Source: a virus (lineage: Duplodnaviria; Heunggongvirae; Uroviricota; Caudoviricetes). Taken from it: DNA of 39,238 bases. A program made the translations under genes and the position numbers. The stretch is from the IMG/VR virus record IMGVR_UViG_2728369393_000005, one strand, 5' to 3'. The notes below the pieces were generated by a model that ran no database searches, was not told where the DNA came from, and saw only the letters and a program-made list of their open reading frames with translations. Of this stretch, positions 8,552 to 17,758 are shown one piece after another (within the stretch, counting starts at the first letter, position 1; every line of letters begins with the position of its first letter).

Positions 8552-8963
8552 AGCTGTCAGGGCTGCAGCAGCAGCCCTGTGCCAAGAGCGTACCAATATA
8601 TGTCTCAAAAAATTGGGCACAGGTCAATATCAATACCAACAACTCTGATTGTGCTCATGTGATTTACTCCTGTAGAAAACGCAGACAGTAAAAATATTTC
8701 ACTGGCTGCTTCAGACAGGGCGTCCATCATATCATTACATAACAATAGCGGGGCACGATATCTAGACATGCAGCAACGATGGACATAGAATGAGTACAAT
8801 CAAAAGCATGTTTAACTACTTTAATTTAAAAATCTTAGAATCTTAGGTGTAGAGTTCAATACTTAGTTACATACCCTTTTGAAAGCATCACAAATCATAA
8901 CTATGAGCCTGTTAAAGGCATAGGTATTCTTAATTAAGAGCATTTTAATGAGAGAAAAATAAA

Positions 8964-10337
8964 ATGAAAAGACTATATTATACCCATCATGATAGTCGAA
9001 CCTTAAAACTTGCTATAGAAGGTGATGTTTCTGATAATGCGAATATTTTTACAGTAATTGTAGGTAAAAATGGCGTTGGAAAAAGCAGATTGTTATCTCA
9101 GATTGCTAAAGACTGTATTCAAGATGTTCATTTCTTGAAAACTTTTAATCCATTATTTGACAGAGAAATAACACCAAAGTTAATTGCCGTATCTACCAGC
9201 CCATTCGATAAATTCCCTCCAGGGCGTAGGTCATTAAATCACCAAAGGAAAGAAAATAATTATCGCTATGTGGGTATGCGTGGAGAAGGCCCCTTCGGCG
9301 TATCAAATGCCGTATCCCTTTTATCTTCAGCAGCGAGAGGTTGGCTAGAGAAACTTGCTTATTCAGAAAATCCTGCAAATTTACTCGATGTTTTTCATTC
9401 TATTGATTTTGAGCCCCATATAGAGTTTGTATTTAAACCAACTTACAACGGACCGGACACTCCTGACTATAACTTCATTGGTGTATATTCAGATGAGATA
9501 TTAACGGAAGTTAAGGAGTTATATTTAAAATACAATATAAAAATTGACAGGAAGAATATTGAGAGTCTCTTAAAGTTAAACTCCGAATCACGTCATGATA
9601 TTTACGAAGCACTGGTTGAAATTAATCGATTTGAACCTGAACGTAGGGCTGTAACCTTGTCAGTCGATTTTACCAATGGTGAAACATTGGTTGGCTCGAC
9701 TTATGCGAATAATTATTTTTCTAGATCAATTCTTAAACTTATGAACGCTGGCTTCATGAGATTGATGGATATGCGACTCATAAAAAAAAGCTATGGTCCC
9801 ATGTCACTTAAACGTGCGAGCTCGGGAGAACAATGTTTATTAGTGATGTTGCTTGGAATTGCAGGGCATATAACTGATGGTTCTATAATACTAATTGATG
9901 AACCGGAAATAAGCTTGCATCCTCGATGGCAGGAAGAGTTTATCATTATGTTAACAAAAGCATTTTTAACTTACTCAGGTTGTCAATTCATAATTGCAAC
10001 TCATTCACCACAAATAATATCCAATTTGCCGAATAAAGGTTGTTATATAACATCTTTGTCGAAAAGTTATCTTTATAAAGCAAAATACTTTAGCAACCGG
10101 TCTGCAGACTATCAACTTGCGGAACTATTTGATGCCCCTGGCATTATGAATGAATACATTGCCAGATTAGCTTTCAATTTACTTTCAAAAGTTAAGACTG
10201 CTAAGTTAGTAACAGATGATAATTGGCGTGAATTAAAACAACTCCAGCTTCTCCTTGAAAACGTTAATAGTAATGACCCTATTAATGAACTCGTAAATTC
10301 CGTATCTCAGGTGTGTGAAATTTATGCCAAAAATTAA
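8964..10337 (+). CDS. ABC-type (AAA_21/SMC-like) ATPase, 457 aa; PtuA-like candidate
   Basis: Walker A VGKNGVGKSRLL, signature-like SSGEQ, Walker B IILIDEPEISLHP, H-loop IIATHSP; stop overlaps the start of the downstream HNH gene. Confidence 0.75.
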   Translation: MKRLYYTHHDSRTLKLAIEGDVSDNANIFTVIVGKNGVGKSRLLSQIAKDCIQDVHFLKTFNPLFDREITPKLIAVSTSPFDKFPPGRRSLNHQRKENNYRYVGMRGEGPFGVSNAVSLLSSAARGWLEKLAYSENPANLLDVFHSIDFEPHIEFVFKPTYNGPDTPDYNFIGVYSDEILTEVKELYLKYNIKIDRKNIESLLKLNSESRHDIYEALVEINRFEPERRAVTLSVDFTNGETLVGSTYANNYFSRSILKLMNAGFMRLMDMRLIKKSYGPMSLKRASSGEQCLLVMLLGIAGHITDGSIILIDEPEISLHPRWQEEFIIMLTKAFLTYSGCQFIIATHSPQIISNLPNKGCYITSLSKSYLYKAKYFSNRSADYQLAELFDAPGIMNEYIARLAFNLLSKVKTAKLVTDDNWRELKQLQLLLENVNSNDPINELVNSVSQVCEIYAKN

Positions 10338-10959
10338 AAATCCAATTAGATTCAGCGCAGAGTCATTAGATATTATTGAGAAAAAATTGTCTTCTCCAGA
10401 TTTTAAGCATACCAACTGGGGAGATGATGATTTGCAAGTTCTCCGTGCAGAAATTAGAAATCATTACAGAGAAGAACAAAAGCTAGAATGTGTATATTGT
10501 CATGAGCCTATTGGGGTAAGAGCTGCACAAGCTGCTCCTATAGAGCATATTGTGCCAAAATCTCAATATCTATGTTTTATTTTTGAACCTAAGAATCTAT
10601 GTGTAGTATGTCCTGACTGCAATGAATTCAAAGGTAAAAATGAAGTGTTATTTGAACCCGTAATAAATGGGGGGCGGCGCAAAAACTATCCAACTGCATC
10701 TGCATCATTTCGCATCGTTCATCCACATATAGATGATTATGAGATGCATATTATAAAAGCAAATCGTGTTTATGTGGACAAAACACCTAAAGGGCACTAT
10801 ACCATTGGAATATGTAAACTAAATAGATTTTTTCATTATTTTGGGATGTGTGATGAATTTGTTAATGATGCAAAAATTGCTGAGGCAAATGAAAATTTTT
10901 TCAAAAAAGGTAGTATTACTACTAATGAATTATTGGATGATGACATTCATTTGATTTAA
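10324..10959 (+). CDS. HNH endonuclease, about 212 aa; PtuB-like candidate
   Basis: CVYCHEP ... EHIVPKS ... CPDCNEFKG gives the CxxC-H ... H ... CxxC HNH zinc-finger pattern; ATG 10324 overlaps the ATPase 3' end by 14 nt (GTG 10315 by 23 nt). Confidence 0.75.
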   Translation: MPKIKNPIRFSAESLDIIEKKLSSPDFKHTNWGDDDLQVLRAEIRNHYREEQKLECVYCHEPIGVRAAQAAPIEHIVPKSQYLCFIFEPKNLCVVCPDCNEFKGKNEVLFEPVINGGRRKNYPTASASFRIVHPHIDDYEMHIIKANRVYVDKTPKGHYTIGICKLNRFFHYFGMCDEFVNDAKIAEANENFFKKGSITTNELLDDDIHLI

Positions 10960-11272
10960 CTATGAATTATTATATTGTAAAGTAATCAGGTAAGATATGT
11001 TAGACAGTGAGACTATTGCCTTACAGAATTCATTATTCTTATGGATCGCCTTTCTGACTGATTTCATATTGGCGGGGTAACGGGAGTTAAGTAGAATGGC
11101 TGCGGGTGCTTGAGGCTATCTGTCTCAGGCATGAACACCAAAGGCAGATAGAGAAAAGCCCCAGTTAACATTACGCGTCCTGCAAGACGCTTAACATTAA
11201 TCTGAGGCCAATTTCATGCTAGACACATGTAGGTTAGCCTCTTACGTGCCGGAAGGCAAGGAGAAGCAGGCT

Positions 11273-11428
11273 ATGAAGCAGCAAAAGGCGATGTTAATCG
11301 CCCTGATCGTCATCTGTTTAACCGTCATAGTGACGACACTGGTAACGAGGAAAGACCTCTGCGAGGTACGAATCCGAACCGGCCAGACGGAGGTCGCTGT
11401 CTTCACAGCTTACGAACCTGAGGAGTAA
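11273..11428 (+). CDS. hokD: Hok/Gef-family type I toxin (51 aa)
   Basis: MKQQKAMLIALIVICLTVIVTTLVTRKDLCEVRIRTGQTEVAVFTAYEPEE matches Hok-family (HokD/RelF-like) sequence from memory; hairpin and intrinsic terminator follow. Confidence 0.65.
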   Translation: MKQQKAMLIALIVICLTVIVTTLVTRKDLCEVRIRTGQTEVAVFTAYEPEE

Positions 11429-11498
11429 GAGACCCGGCGAGGGAGAAATCCCTCGCCACCTCTGATGTGGCAGGCATCCTCAACGCACCCGCACTTAA

Positions 11499-11517
11499 CC
11501 CGCTTCGGCGGGTTTTT
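11499..11517 (+). terminator. Intrinsic terminator downstream of hok (CCCGC-TTCG-GCGGG + T-run)
   Basis: Stem-loop followed by TTTTTGTT read directly. Confidence 0.4.
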
Positions 11518-11785
11518 GTTTTTATTTTCAACGCGTTTGAAGTTCTGGACGGCGCCGGAATAGAATCAAAAATACTTAAGTAGCGCGCAGGGATAAGAGG
11601 GATGGTCCCTTAAAGGGGAGAGCTAATTATCCGGAAGGATTCTGATGATGAACATCGAAGAACTGCGTAAAATTTTTTGTGAAGATGGCCTCTATGCTGT
11701 GTGCGTTGAAAATGGAAATCTTGTTAGTCATTACCGCATTATGTGTTTGCGAAAGGTAAGCGTCAACGGAGCACCGTATTGACGC

Positions 11786-13401
11786 TTATTTATTGGTGAG
11801 TACTACGTTCCATGGCAGGAGTTCATCAACTCGGTTGGAAGGCCATTCCGGCAGTACGCTCAGGATATGGCGCAGATACGCTTCCGGATCGATACCGTTC
11901 AGACGGCAGGTGCCGATCAGCCCGTACAACAGTGCTCCACGCTCGCCGCCGTGATCGCTGCCAAAGAACATAAACTTTTTCTTTCCGAGACAGACTGCAC
12001 GAAGCGCTCTTTCCGCAGCATTATTATCCGCCTCCGCCAGACCGTCATCACTGTAATAACAGAGGGCATCCCACTGATTCAGTACATAGCTGAACGCTTC
12101 GCCCAGTCTGGATTTTTTCGACAGCGTACCATTCTTCTCCACCATCCATTCATGCAGCGACGTCAGTAACACTTTGCTTCGCTGCTGCCTGACGGCAAGA
12201 CGCTCTGACTCCGGTAATCCCCGTATTTCATCCTCGATGGCGTACAGTTCACTGATTCGCTTCAGGGCTTCTTCTGCCGTCGCACTTTTGCTGCTGATGT
12301 ATACATCGTGGATTTTTCGCCGGGCATGGGCCCAGCACGCAACTTCTGTCAGTGCACCACCTTCACGTTCTGCACTGAACAACCTGTCGTAACCTGTGAA
12401 CGCATCCGCCTGCAGGATACCCCGGAAGGGGCGGAGGTGTTGCTCCGGGTGTTTCCCCTGCCGGTTCGGCGAGTACGCGAACCAGACCGCTGGAGGAGAT
12501 GACGAACCCACATTGCGATCATCCCGGACATACGTCCAGATACGCCCTGTTTTCGCCTTTTTCTGACCCGGTGCCAGTACCTTTACCGGTGTGTCATCAG
12601 TGTGAACCTTGCGGGTGTTCATTACATAACGGTACAGGGCATCATTCACCGGTGTCATTAACTGGCAGCACGCGTCAACCCAGTTGGAGAGTAAGGCCCG
12701 GCTCAGTTCGACACCCTGGCGGGCAAAGATTTCACTCTGACGATACAGTGGCAGATGTTCGCAGTATTTTCCCGTTAACACGCGGGCAAGTAATCCGGGG
12801 CCCCCGCGATACCACGCTCTATCGGGCGGGACGGCGCCGGTGCTTCAACAATACAGTCACATTTTGTACAGGCTTTTTTTACCCGTTCTGTGCGGATCAC
12901 TTTCAGGGCACTGCTCACCAGTTCCAGCTGTTCAGCGCTGACTTCCCCCAGATAATCCAGCTCACCGCCACACTCCGGGCAACAGCTTTCTTCTGGCTCC
13001 AGGCGGTGTATTTCTCGGGGAAGGTGTGCCGGTAACGGACGACGATGGCGCGACTGTCGCAACTGGCGGGGAACCTGAGGATCGTCTTCCCGCCCACTGT
13101 AACGATCGCTGTCCTGTTCACGTTGTTTCAGCAGAGCCTCAGCCAGTTCAACTTCACGACGCAGTTTTTCAGAACGGGTACCGAACAGCATCCGGCGCAG
13201 TTTTTCTATCTGAGCCCGCAGATGTTCTATTTCCCGTTCATCTTCTTCGATCTTTTCTTCGGCACGTGTCAGTGCAGAGCGCAGGAAGGCTTCCGTCTCT
13301 TCAACCAGACTCAGTTGCTGGTCTTTCTGACGGAGGGCTTCAGCCTGCTCAGAGAGCAATCTTTCCAGCTCTGCGATGCGAATGAGGTATTTCTGACTCA
13401 T
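11786..13401 (-). pseudogene. IS66 transposase TnpC, split by a frameshift at a G/C homopolymer (12797..12805)
   Basis: N-terminal fragment 12775..13401 (Cys-rich zinc-finger CCPECG ... CTKCDC) and C-terminal fragment 11786..12781 (GKYCEHLPLYRQ ...) together equal a full-length TnpC. Confidence 0.75.
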
Positions 13402-13431
13402 GACCGTTTTTATAATGCGGTCAGGAGTTTT

Positions 13432-13782
13432 TTACAACATTGTCAGTGAGTTACGGCTGGATGTTTTTGGCTGACGCCAGTCCAGCTTATCGAGGAGCAT
13501 TGCCAGTTGCGAGCGGGTAATGGATACCTTGCCGTCACGTACCGCAGGCCAGATAAACTGGCCTTCCTCCAGGCGTTTGGTGAACAGGCACAGACCATCA
13601 GCATCAGCCCAAAGAATTTTGACGGTGTCACCCCGTCGGCCACGGAAGATAAACAGGTGACCGGAGAAGGGATTATCATTCAGCACATGTTGTACCTGTT
13701 CTCCCAGTCCGTTGAAGGATTTACGCATATCGGTAACGCCGGCAACGAGCCAGATACGGGTACCTGATGGGAGTGAGATCAT
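13432..13782 (-). CDS. IS66 family TnpB (Orf2)
   Basis: 116-aa ORF (MISLPSGTRIWLVAGVTDMRKSFNGL ...) typical of IS66 Orf2, upstream of tnpC. Confidence 0.8.
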   Translation of the reverse strand: MISLPSGTRIWLVAGVTDMRKSFNGLGEQVQHVLNDNPFSGHLFIFRGRRGDTVKILWADADGLCLFTKRLEEGQFIWPAVRDGKVSITRSQLAMLLDKLDWRQPKTSSRNSLTML

Positions 13783-14204
13783 CTTCCCCTCCCGGTCAGT
13801 TCACGGATCAACACCGTGAGCAGCTCTGGCGATGGATTTTCCAGCGTCATGTTACCGTGACGGAATTCCACCTTGCAGGAACTGGCACTGACTCTGGTCT
13901 GAGTGGAAGTGGATAAAGACGGCGCAATGGCCGCCACAGGTTCTTTCTGCTCATCCGGCGTTATTTCTACAGGTAATAATTCAACGCCAGTGTCAGAAGA
14001 GGTCGTTACCGGAAGACGCCGCGAAACACGCCCTTCGTTCTGCCAGAGCCTGAGCCATTTGAAAATAACATTATCATTGACGCCATTTTCACGTGCAATC
14101 TGTGCAACACAAGCTCCAGGTTGTGATGCCAGTTCCACCATACGAAGTTTGAATTCATTCGAATAGTTTTTACGAGGTTCTTTTCGCCAGTCCTGTAATT
14201 CCAT
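13779..14204 (-). CDS. IS66 family TnpA (Orf1, HTH)
   Basis: 141-aa ORF overlapping tnpB by 4 nt; first gene of the IS66 operon. Confidence 0.75.
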   Translation of the reverse strand: MELQDWRKEPRKNYSNEFKLRMVELASQPGACVAQIARENGVNDNVIFKWLRLWQNEGRVSRRLPVTTSSDTGVELLPVEITPDEQKEPVAAIAPSLSTSTQTRVSASSCKVEFRHGNMTLENPSPELLTVLIRELTGRGR

Positions 14205-14257
14205 ACTTAGATGTCCGTCTATATCAGATGGGCGTCTAAGTTACCAATTCTCGTCTG

Positions 14258-16183
14258 ATGGCTACATACGGCGGTCAGTTTACGCTTACGGTGATCACCG
14301 GGATTACGTCAACGCCTTCTCCGGATCGGGATGGTGACATCCTGGAGCCGGAGGGGGCGGAGTTTGGCTGTGCGATCCCGTTTCTCTGGCAGCATGACCA
14401 TTCCCGCCCGGTGGGCCAGTGTACGGTACGCCGGGTCAGTGAAGGTCTGGAAATCACGGCAACACTGGTGAAGCCCGTACCGGATATGCCGTCGCAACTG
14501 GCTGCCCGGCTGGATGAGGTCTGGGCGGCCATTAAGACCGGGCTGGTCAGGGGGCTGTCCGTGGGCTTCCGTCCCCATGAATACACCTTTCTGGACGGAG
14601 GCGGACTGCATTTTCTGCGCTGGGAACTGATGGAGGTGTCTGCCGTCACCGTGCCCGCGAATGCGGAATGCACCATCCGGACCATTAAATCTTACGACCG
14701 CCCGTTTTCTGCCGCGTCCGGCAACCGGAAACCGGTGGTGAAAATCGCATCTTCTGCCGTCGCTGCGGCACAGTCAACAACCGTTTTTCATAAGGAAAAG
14801 ACAGTAATGAATACTGGTGAACAGATTAAAAGTTTTGAAAACAAGCGTGCTGCACTGGCAGCCTCTCTTGAGGAGATCATGACCAAAGCCGCAGAGGAAG
14901 GCCGCACGCTGGATGTGGAGGAGGAAGAGCATTACGACAACACCGCGGCGGAAATCCGCCAGGTGGATGCGCACCTGAAGCGTCTGCGTGAACTGGAGGC
15001 CGGTAAGGCCGCCACGGCACAGCCGGTGAAACAGGCCGGTAACGGTGACGTTGTGACGGTGAGTTCAGTGACGGTGAGTTCAGCGCCGGTGATCCGTGTG
15101 GAGCAGAAACTGGATAAGGGGATTGGCTTTGCCCGCTTTGCCAAATCGCTGGCTGCGGCTAAAGGTGTCCGCTCTGAGGCCCTGGAAGTGGCCCGTCGTC
15201 AGTATCCGGATGACAGCCGTCTGCACCATGTCCTGAAATCGGCGGTGGGGGCGGGAACCACCACGGATCCACAGTGGGCAGGCAGCCTGTCTGAATACCA
15301 GGAATATGCGCAGGACTTTATTGACTATCTGCGTCCGCAGACCATTATCGGGCGATTTGGTCAGGGCGGGATCCCTGCACTTCGTCAGGTGCCGTTCAAT
15401 ATCCGCGTGCATGCCCAGGTGTCCGGCGGTGCTGCCAGCTGGGTGGGGGAGGGTAAGGCAAAACCGCTGACGAAGTTTGATTTTGAATCCATCACCTTCA
15501 GTCATGCGAAGGTGTCGGCCATTGCGGTACTGACGGAAGAACTGATCCGTTTTTCCAGTCCGGCTGCTGATGCGCTGGTCCGTAATGCGCTGGCAGAAGC
15601 GGTGGTGGCGCGTCTGGACACAGACTTTGTGGACCCGAAAAAAGCGGCGGTGGCGGATGTCTCCCCGGCGTCCATCACCCATGATGTGAAGGGCACGGCA
15701 TCAACCGGTAACCCGGATGCGGATGCCGAGGCCGCGTTTGGCCAGTTTGTGACGGCAAATCTGCAGCCCACTGGTGCGGTCTGGCTGATGTCCAGCACGA
15801 ATGCCCTGGCGCTGTCCATGCGTAAAAATGCGCTGGGTCAGAAGGAATATCCGGACATGACCCTGCTGGGCGGGACCTTTCAGGGGCTTCCGGTGATTGT
15901 CTCCCAGTATGTGGGTGACCAGCTGGTACTGGTGAATGCACCGGATATTTATCTGGCGGATGACGGCGGTGTGGCAGTGGATATGTCCCGTGAAGCGTCA
16001 CTGGAAATGCAGTCTGAGCCGGGCGGCGACAGCACCACACCGTCGCCGGTGGAGCTGGTTTCCATGTTCCAGACCGGCAGCGTGGCCATCCGTGCGGAGC
16101 GCTGGATCAACTGGCGTCGTCGCCGTACTGCGGCGGTGGCGGTGATCACCGGTGTGAACTACGGCAGTGCGTCCGGCGGCTGA
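14258..16183 (+). CDS. HK97-family prohead protease fused to major capsid protein (641 aa)
   Basis: N-terminal DRDGDIL ... LSVGFRP ... LMEVSAVTVPAN protease motifs, then a capsid-like C-terminal domain; the first ~11 codons lie inside the IS66 terminal repeat, so the true start may be GTG 14291. Confidence 0.75.
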   Translation: MATYGGQFTLTVITGITSTPSPDRDGDILEPEGAEFGCAIPFLWQHDHSRPVGQCTVRRVSEGLEITATLVKPVPDMPSQLAARLDEVWAAIKTGLVRGLSVGFRPHEYTFLDGGGLHFLRWELMEVSAVTVPANAECTIRTIKSYDRPFSAASGNRKPVVKIASSAVAAAQSTTVFHKEKTVMNTGEQIKSFENKRAALAASLEEIMTKAAEEGRTLDVEEEEHYDNTAAEIRQVDAHLKRLRELEAGKAATAQPVKQAGNGDVVTVSSVTVSSAPVIRVEQKLDKGIGFARFAKSLAAAKGVRSEALEVARRQYPDDSRLHHVLKSAVGAGTTTDPQWAGSLSEYQEYAQDFIDYLRPQTIIGRFGQGGIPALRQVPFNIRVHAQVSGGAASWVGEGKAKPLTKFDFESITFSHAKVSAIAVLTEELIRFSSPAADALVRNALAEAVVARLDTDFVDPKKAAVADVSPASITHDVKGTASTGNPDADAEAAFGQFVTANLQPTGAVWLMSSTNALALSMRKNALGQKEYPDMTLLGGTFQGLPVIVSQYVGDQLVLVNAPDIYLADDGGVAVDMSREASLEMQSEPGGDSTTPSPVELVSMFQTGSVAIRAERWINWRRRRTAAVAVITGVNYGSASGG

Positions 16184-16227
16184 GTCTGATGAGGAGGGCG
16201 GGAGGCGTGCGCTTCCCGCAGTAACTG

Positions 16228-16449
16228 ATGGCAAAAATCCGATATCTGCAGGGTACACATGATGCCCGGCCCGGGGATATCCGGGATGTCGCACAGCCGT
16301 GTGCGGAGGTGCTGGTTCGCCTGGGAAAGGCGGAGTACATCACGGTGCGACGTCCGGCAGGTCAGAAAAAGAAACGTGATGCGGAGCATGGCGAATGTGG
16401 AACCTTTTACGGCGAACCCGAAAAAACCAGAAATCAGGACGTGACGTAA
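16228..16449 (+). CDS. Hypothetical small protein (73 aa), doubtful
   Basis: ORF in the gap between capsid and portal genes; overlaps the portal start region; no motif. Confidence 0.25.
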   Translation: MAKIRYLQGTHDARPGDIRDVAQPCAEVLVRLGKAEYITVRRPAGQKKKRDAEHGECGTFYGEPEKTRNQDVT

Positions 16450-17758
16450 GAGAGGCGGGCTGGACCAGCCTGTTTCAGGCGGTGGCTGAGCCCTTTGCCG
16501 GCGCCTGGCAGCAGGGTGTGAAAGCCGATCCGGAAAGTGTCCTCTCCTTTCATGCGGTGTTTTCTTGCATTTCGCTGATATCCCAGGATATCGCCAAAAT
16601 GCGGCTGCGCCTGATGCAGACGGATACACAGGGGATCCGCCGTGAAAAACGGCAGGGGGATATTGCCCGTCTCTGTCGTCGTCTCAATGCACAGCAGAAT
16701 CGTATCCAGTTTTTTGAACTGTGGCTGAACGCCAAACTGCGTCACGGCAATACGGTGGTGCTGAAAATCCGTAACTCCCGGGGCAGATCAAAGAACTGCG
16801 TATTCTGGACTGGAGCCGGGTTGAACCTCTGGTGGCGGATGACGGCGAGGTGTTCTATCGCATCACGCCGGACCGGAACTGCGGGATCACGGAGGCGGTG
16901 ACGGTGCCTGCCCGGGAAGTGATCCACGACCGGTTTAACTGTTTTTTTCATCCGCTTGTGGGGCTGCCGCCGGTGTATGCCGCCGGGCTGGCGGCCACGC
17001 AGGGGCATCATATTCAGGAAAATTCGACGTCTTTTTTCAGAAATGGCGGCAGGCCGTCCGGGGTGATTGAGATCCCCGGCAGTATTACGGAAGAAAATGC
17101 GAAAAAACTGAAGAGCAACTGGGACAGCGGGTATACCGGCGAAAATGCGGGGAAAACGGCCATTCTGAGCAACGGAGCAAAATACAACCCCACGACGTTT
17201 TCACCGGTGGATGCGCAGACGGTGGAACAACTGAAGATGACCGCTGAAATTGTCTGTTCGGTGTTCCGTGTCCCGGCCTACAAGATTGGCGTTGGCCAGC
17301 CACCTTCCAGTGACAACGTGGAGGCGCTGGAGCAGCAGTATTATTCCCAGTGCCTGCAGACGCTGATTGAGTCCATTGAACTGTTACTGGATGAGGCGCT
17401 GGAAACGGGGGAAAACGAGAGTACGGAGTTTGACGTCACCACGCTGCTGAGAATGGACAGCGAACGTCGCATGAAAACGCTGGGTGAATCGGTGAAAAAT
17501 ACGCTTCTCACGCCCAATGAGGCCCGTAAACGTGAGAACCTGCCGCCCCTTGCCGGCGGTGATGCACTGTATCTTCAGCAGCAGAACTACAGTCTGGAGG
17601 CGCTGTCCCGTCGTGATGCCCGTGAGGATCCGTTCGCGTCTTCCGGGAAAACGTCGTCAGGCACACGCCAGGAGGGCGCGTCTGACGGTAATAAGGCCAT
17701 AAGCGAAACAGAGCGTGATGCGGTGAAGGCGATGTTCAGGGGGATACTGCGAAAATGA
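16395..17758 (+). CDS. HK97-family portal protein, interrupted by a frameshift near 16775..16790 (CCCGGGG run)
   Basis: Fragments 16395..16901 and 16832..17758 join into one portal-like protein; GKTAILSNGAKY ... VDAQTVEQLKMTAEIVCSVFRVPAYKIG is a portal signature. Confidence 0.7.

Larger units (their letters stand above)
6650..11050. other. AT-rich islet inside the prophage carrying an orphan protein, a decayed recombinase and an ATPase-HNH module
   Basis: Base composition switches visibly to AT-rich near 6650 and back to GC-normal near 11050. Confidence 0.5.
11756..14289 (-). mobile_element. IS66-family insertion sequence (about 2.5 kb) with imperfect terminal inverted repeats
   Basis: Ends GTAAGCGTCAACGGAGCACCGT (11756..) and reverse complement GTAAGCGTAAACTGACCGCCGT (..14289), about 17/22 identical; contains IS66 tnpA, tnpB and tnpC homologues; flanking 8 bp differ, so no target-site duplication. 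Confidence 0.8.

Noticed and set aside
11216-11272. N-terminal extension of the hok ORF (MLDTCRLASYVPEGKEKQA)
   Set aside because: Hok-family toxins are about 50 aa; the internal ATG at 11273 gives the canonical MKQQKAML start, so the extension is unlikely to be translated as part of Hok.
16228-16449. Alternative portal start at ATG 16388 (MANVEPFTANPKKPE) with a further frameshift at the A6 run 16421..16426
   Set aside because: Cannot distinguish from the ORF-track start at 16395 without homologue alignment; retained only as a low-confidence note.
14275-16629. Multiple minus-strand ORFs (100-200 aa) inside the protease-capsid gene
   Set aside because: Antisense artefacts of a GC-rich gene; translations are Arg/Pro/His-rich with no domain resemblance.
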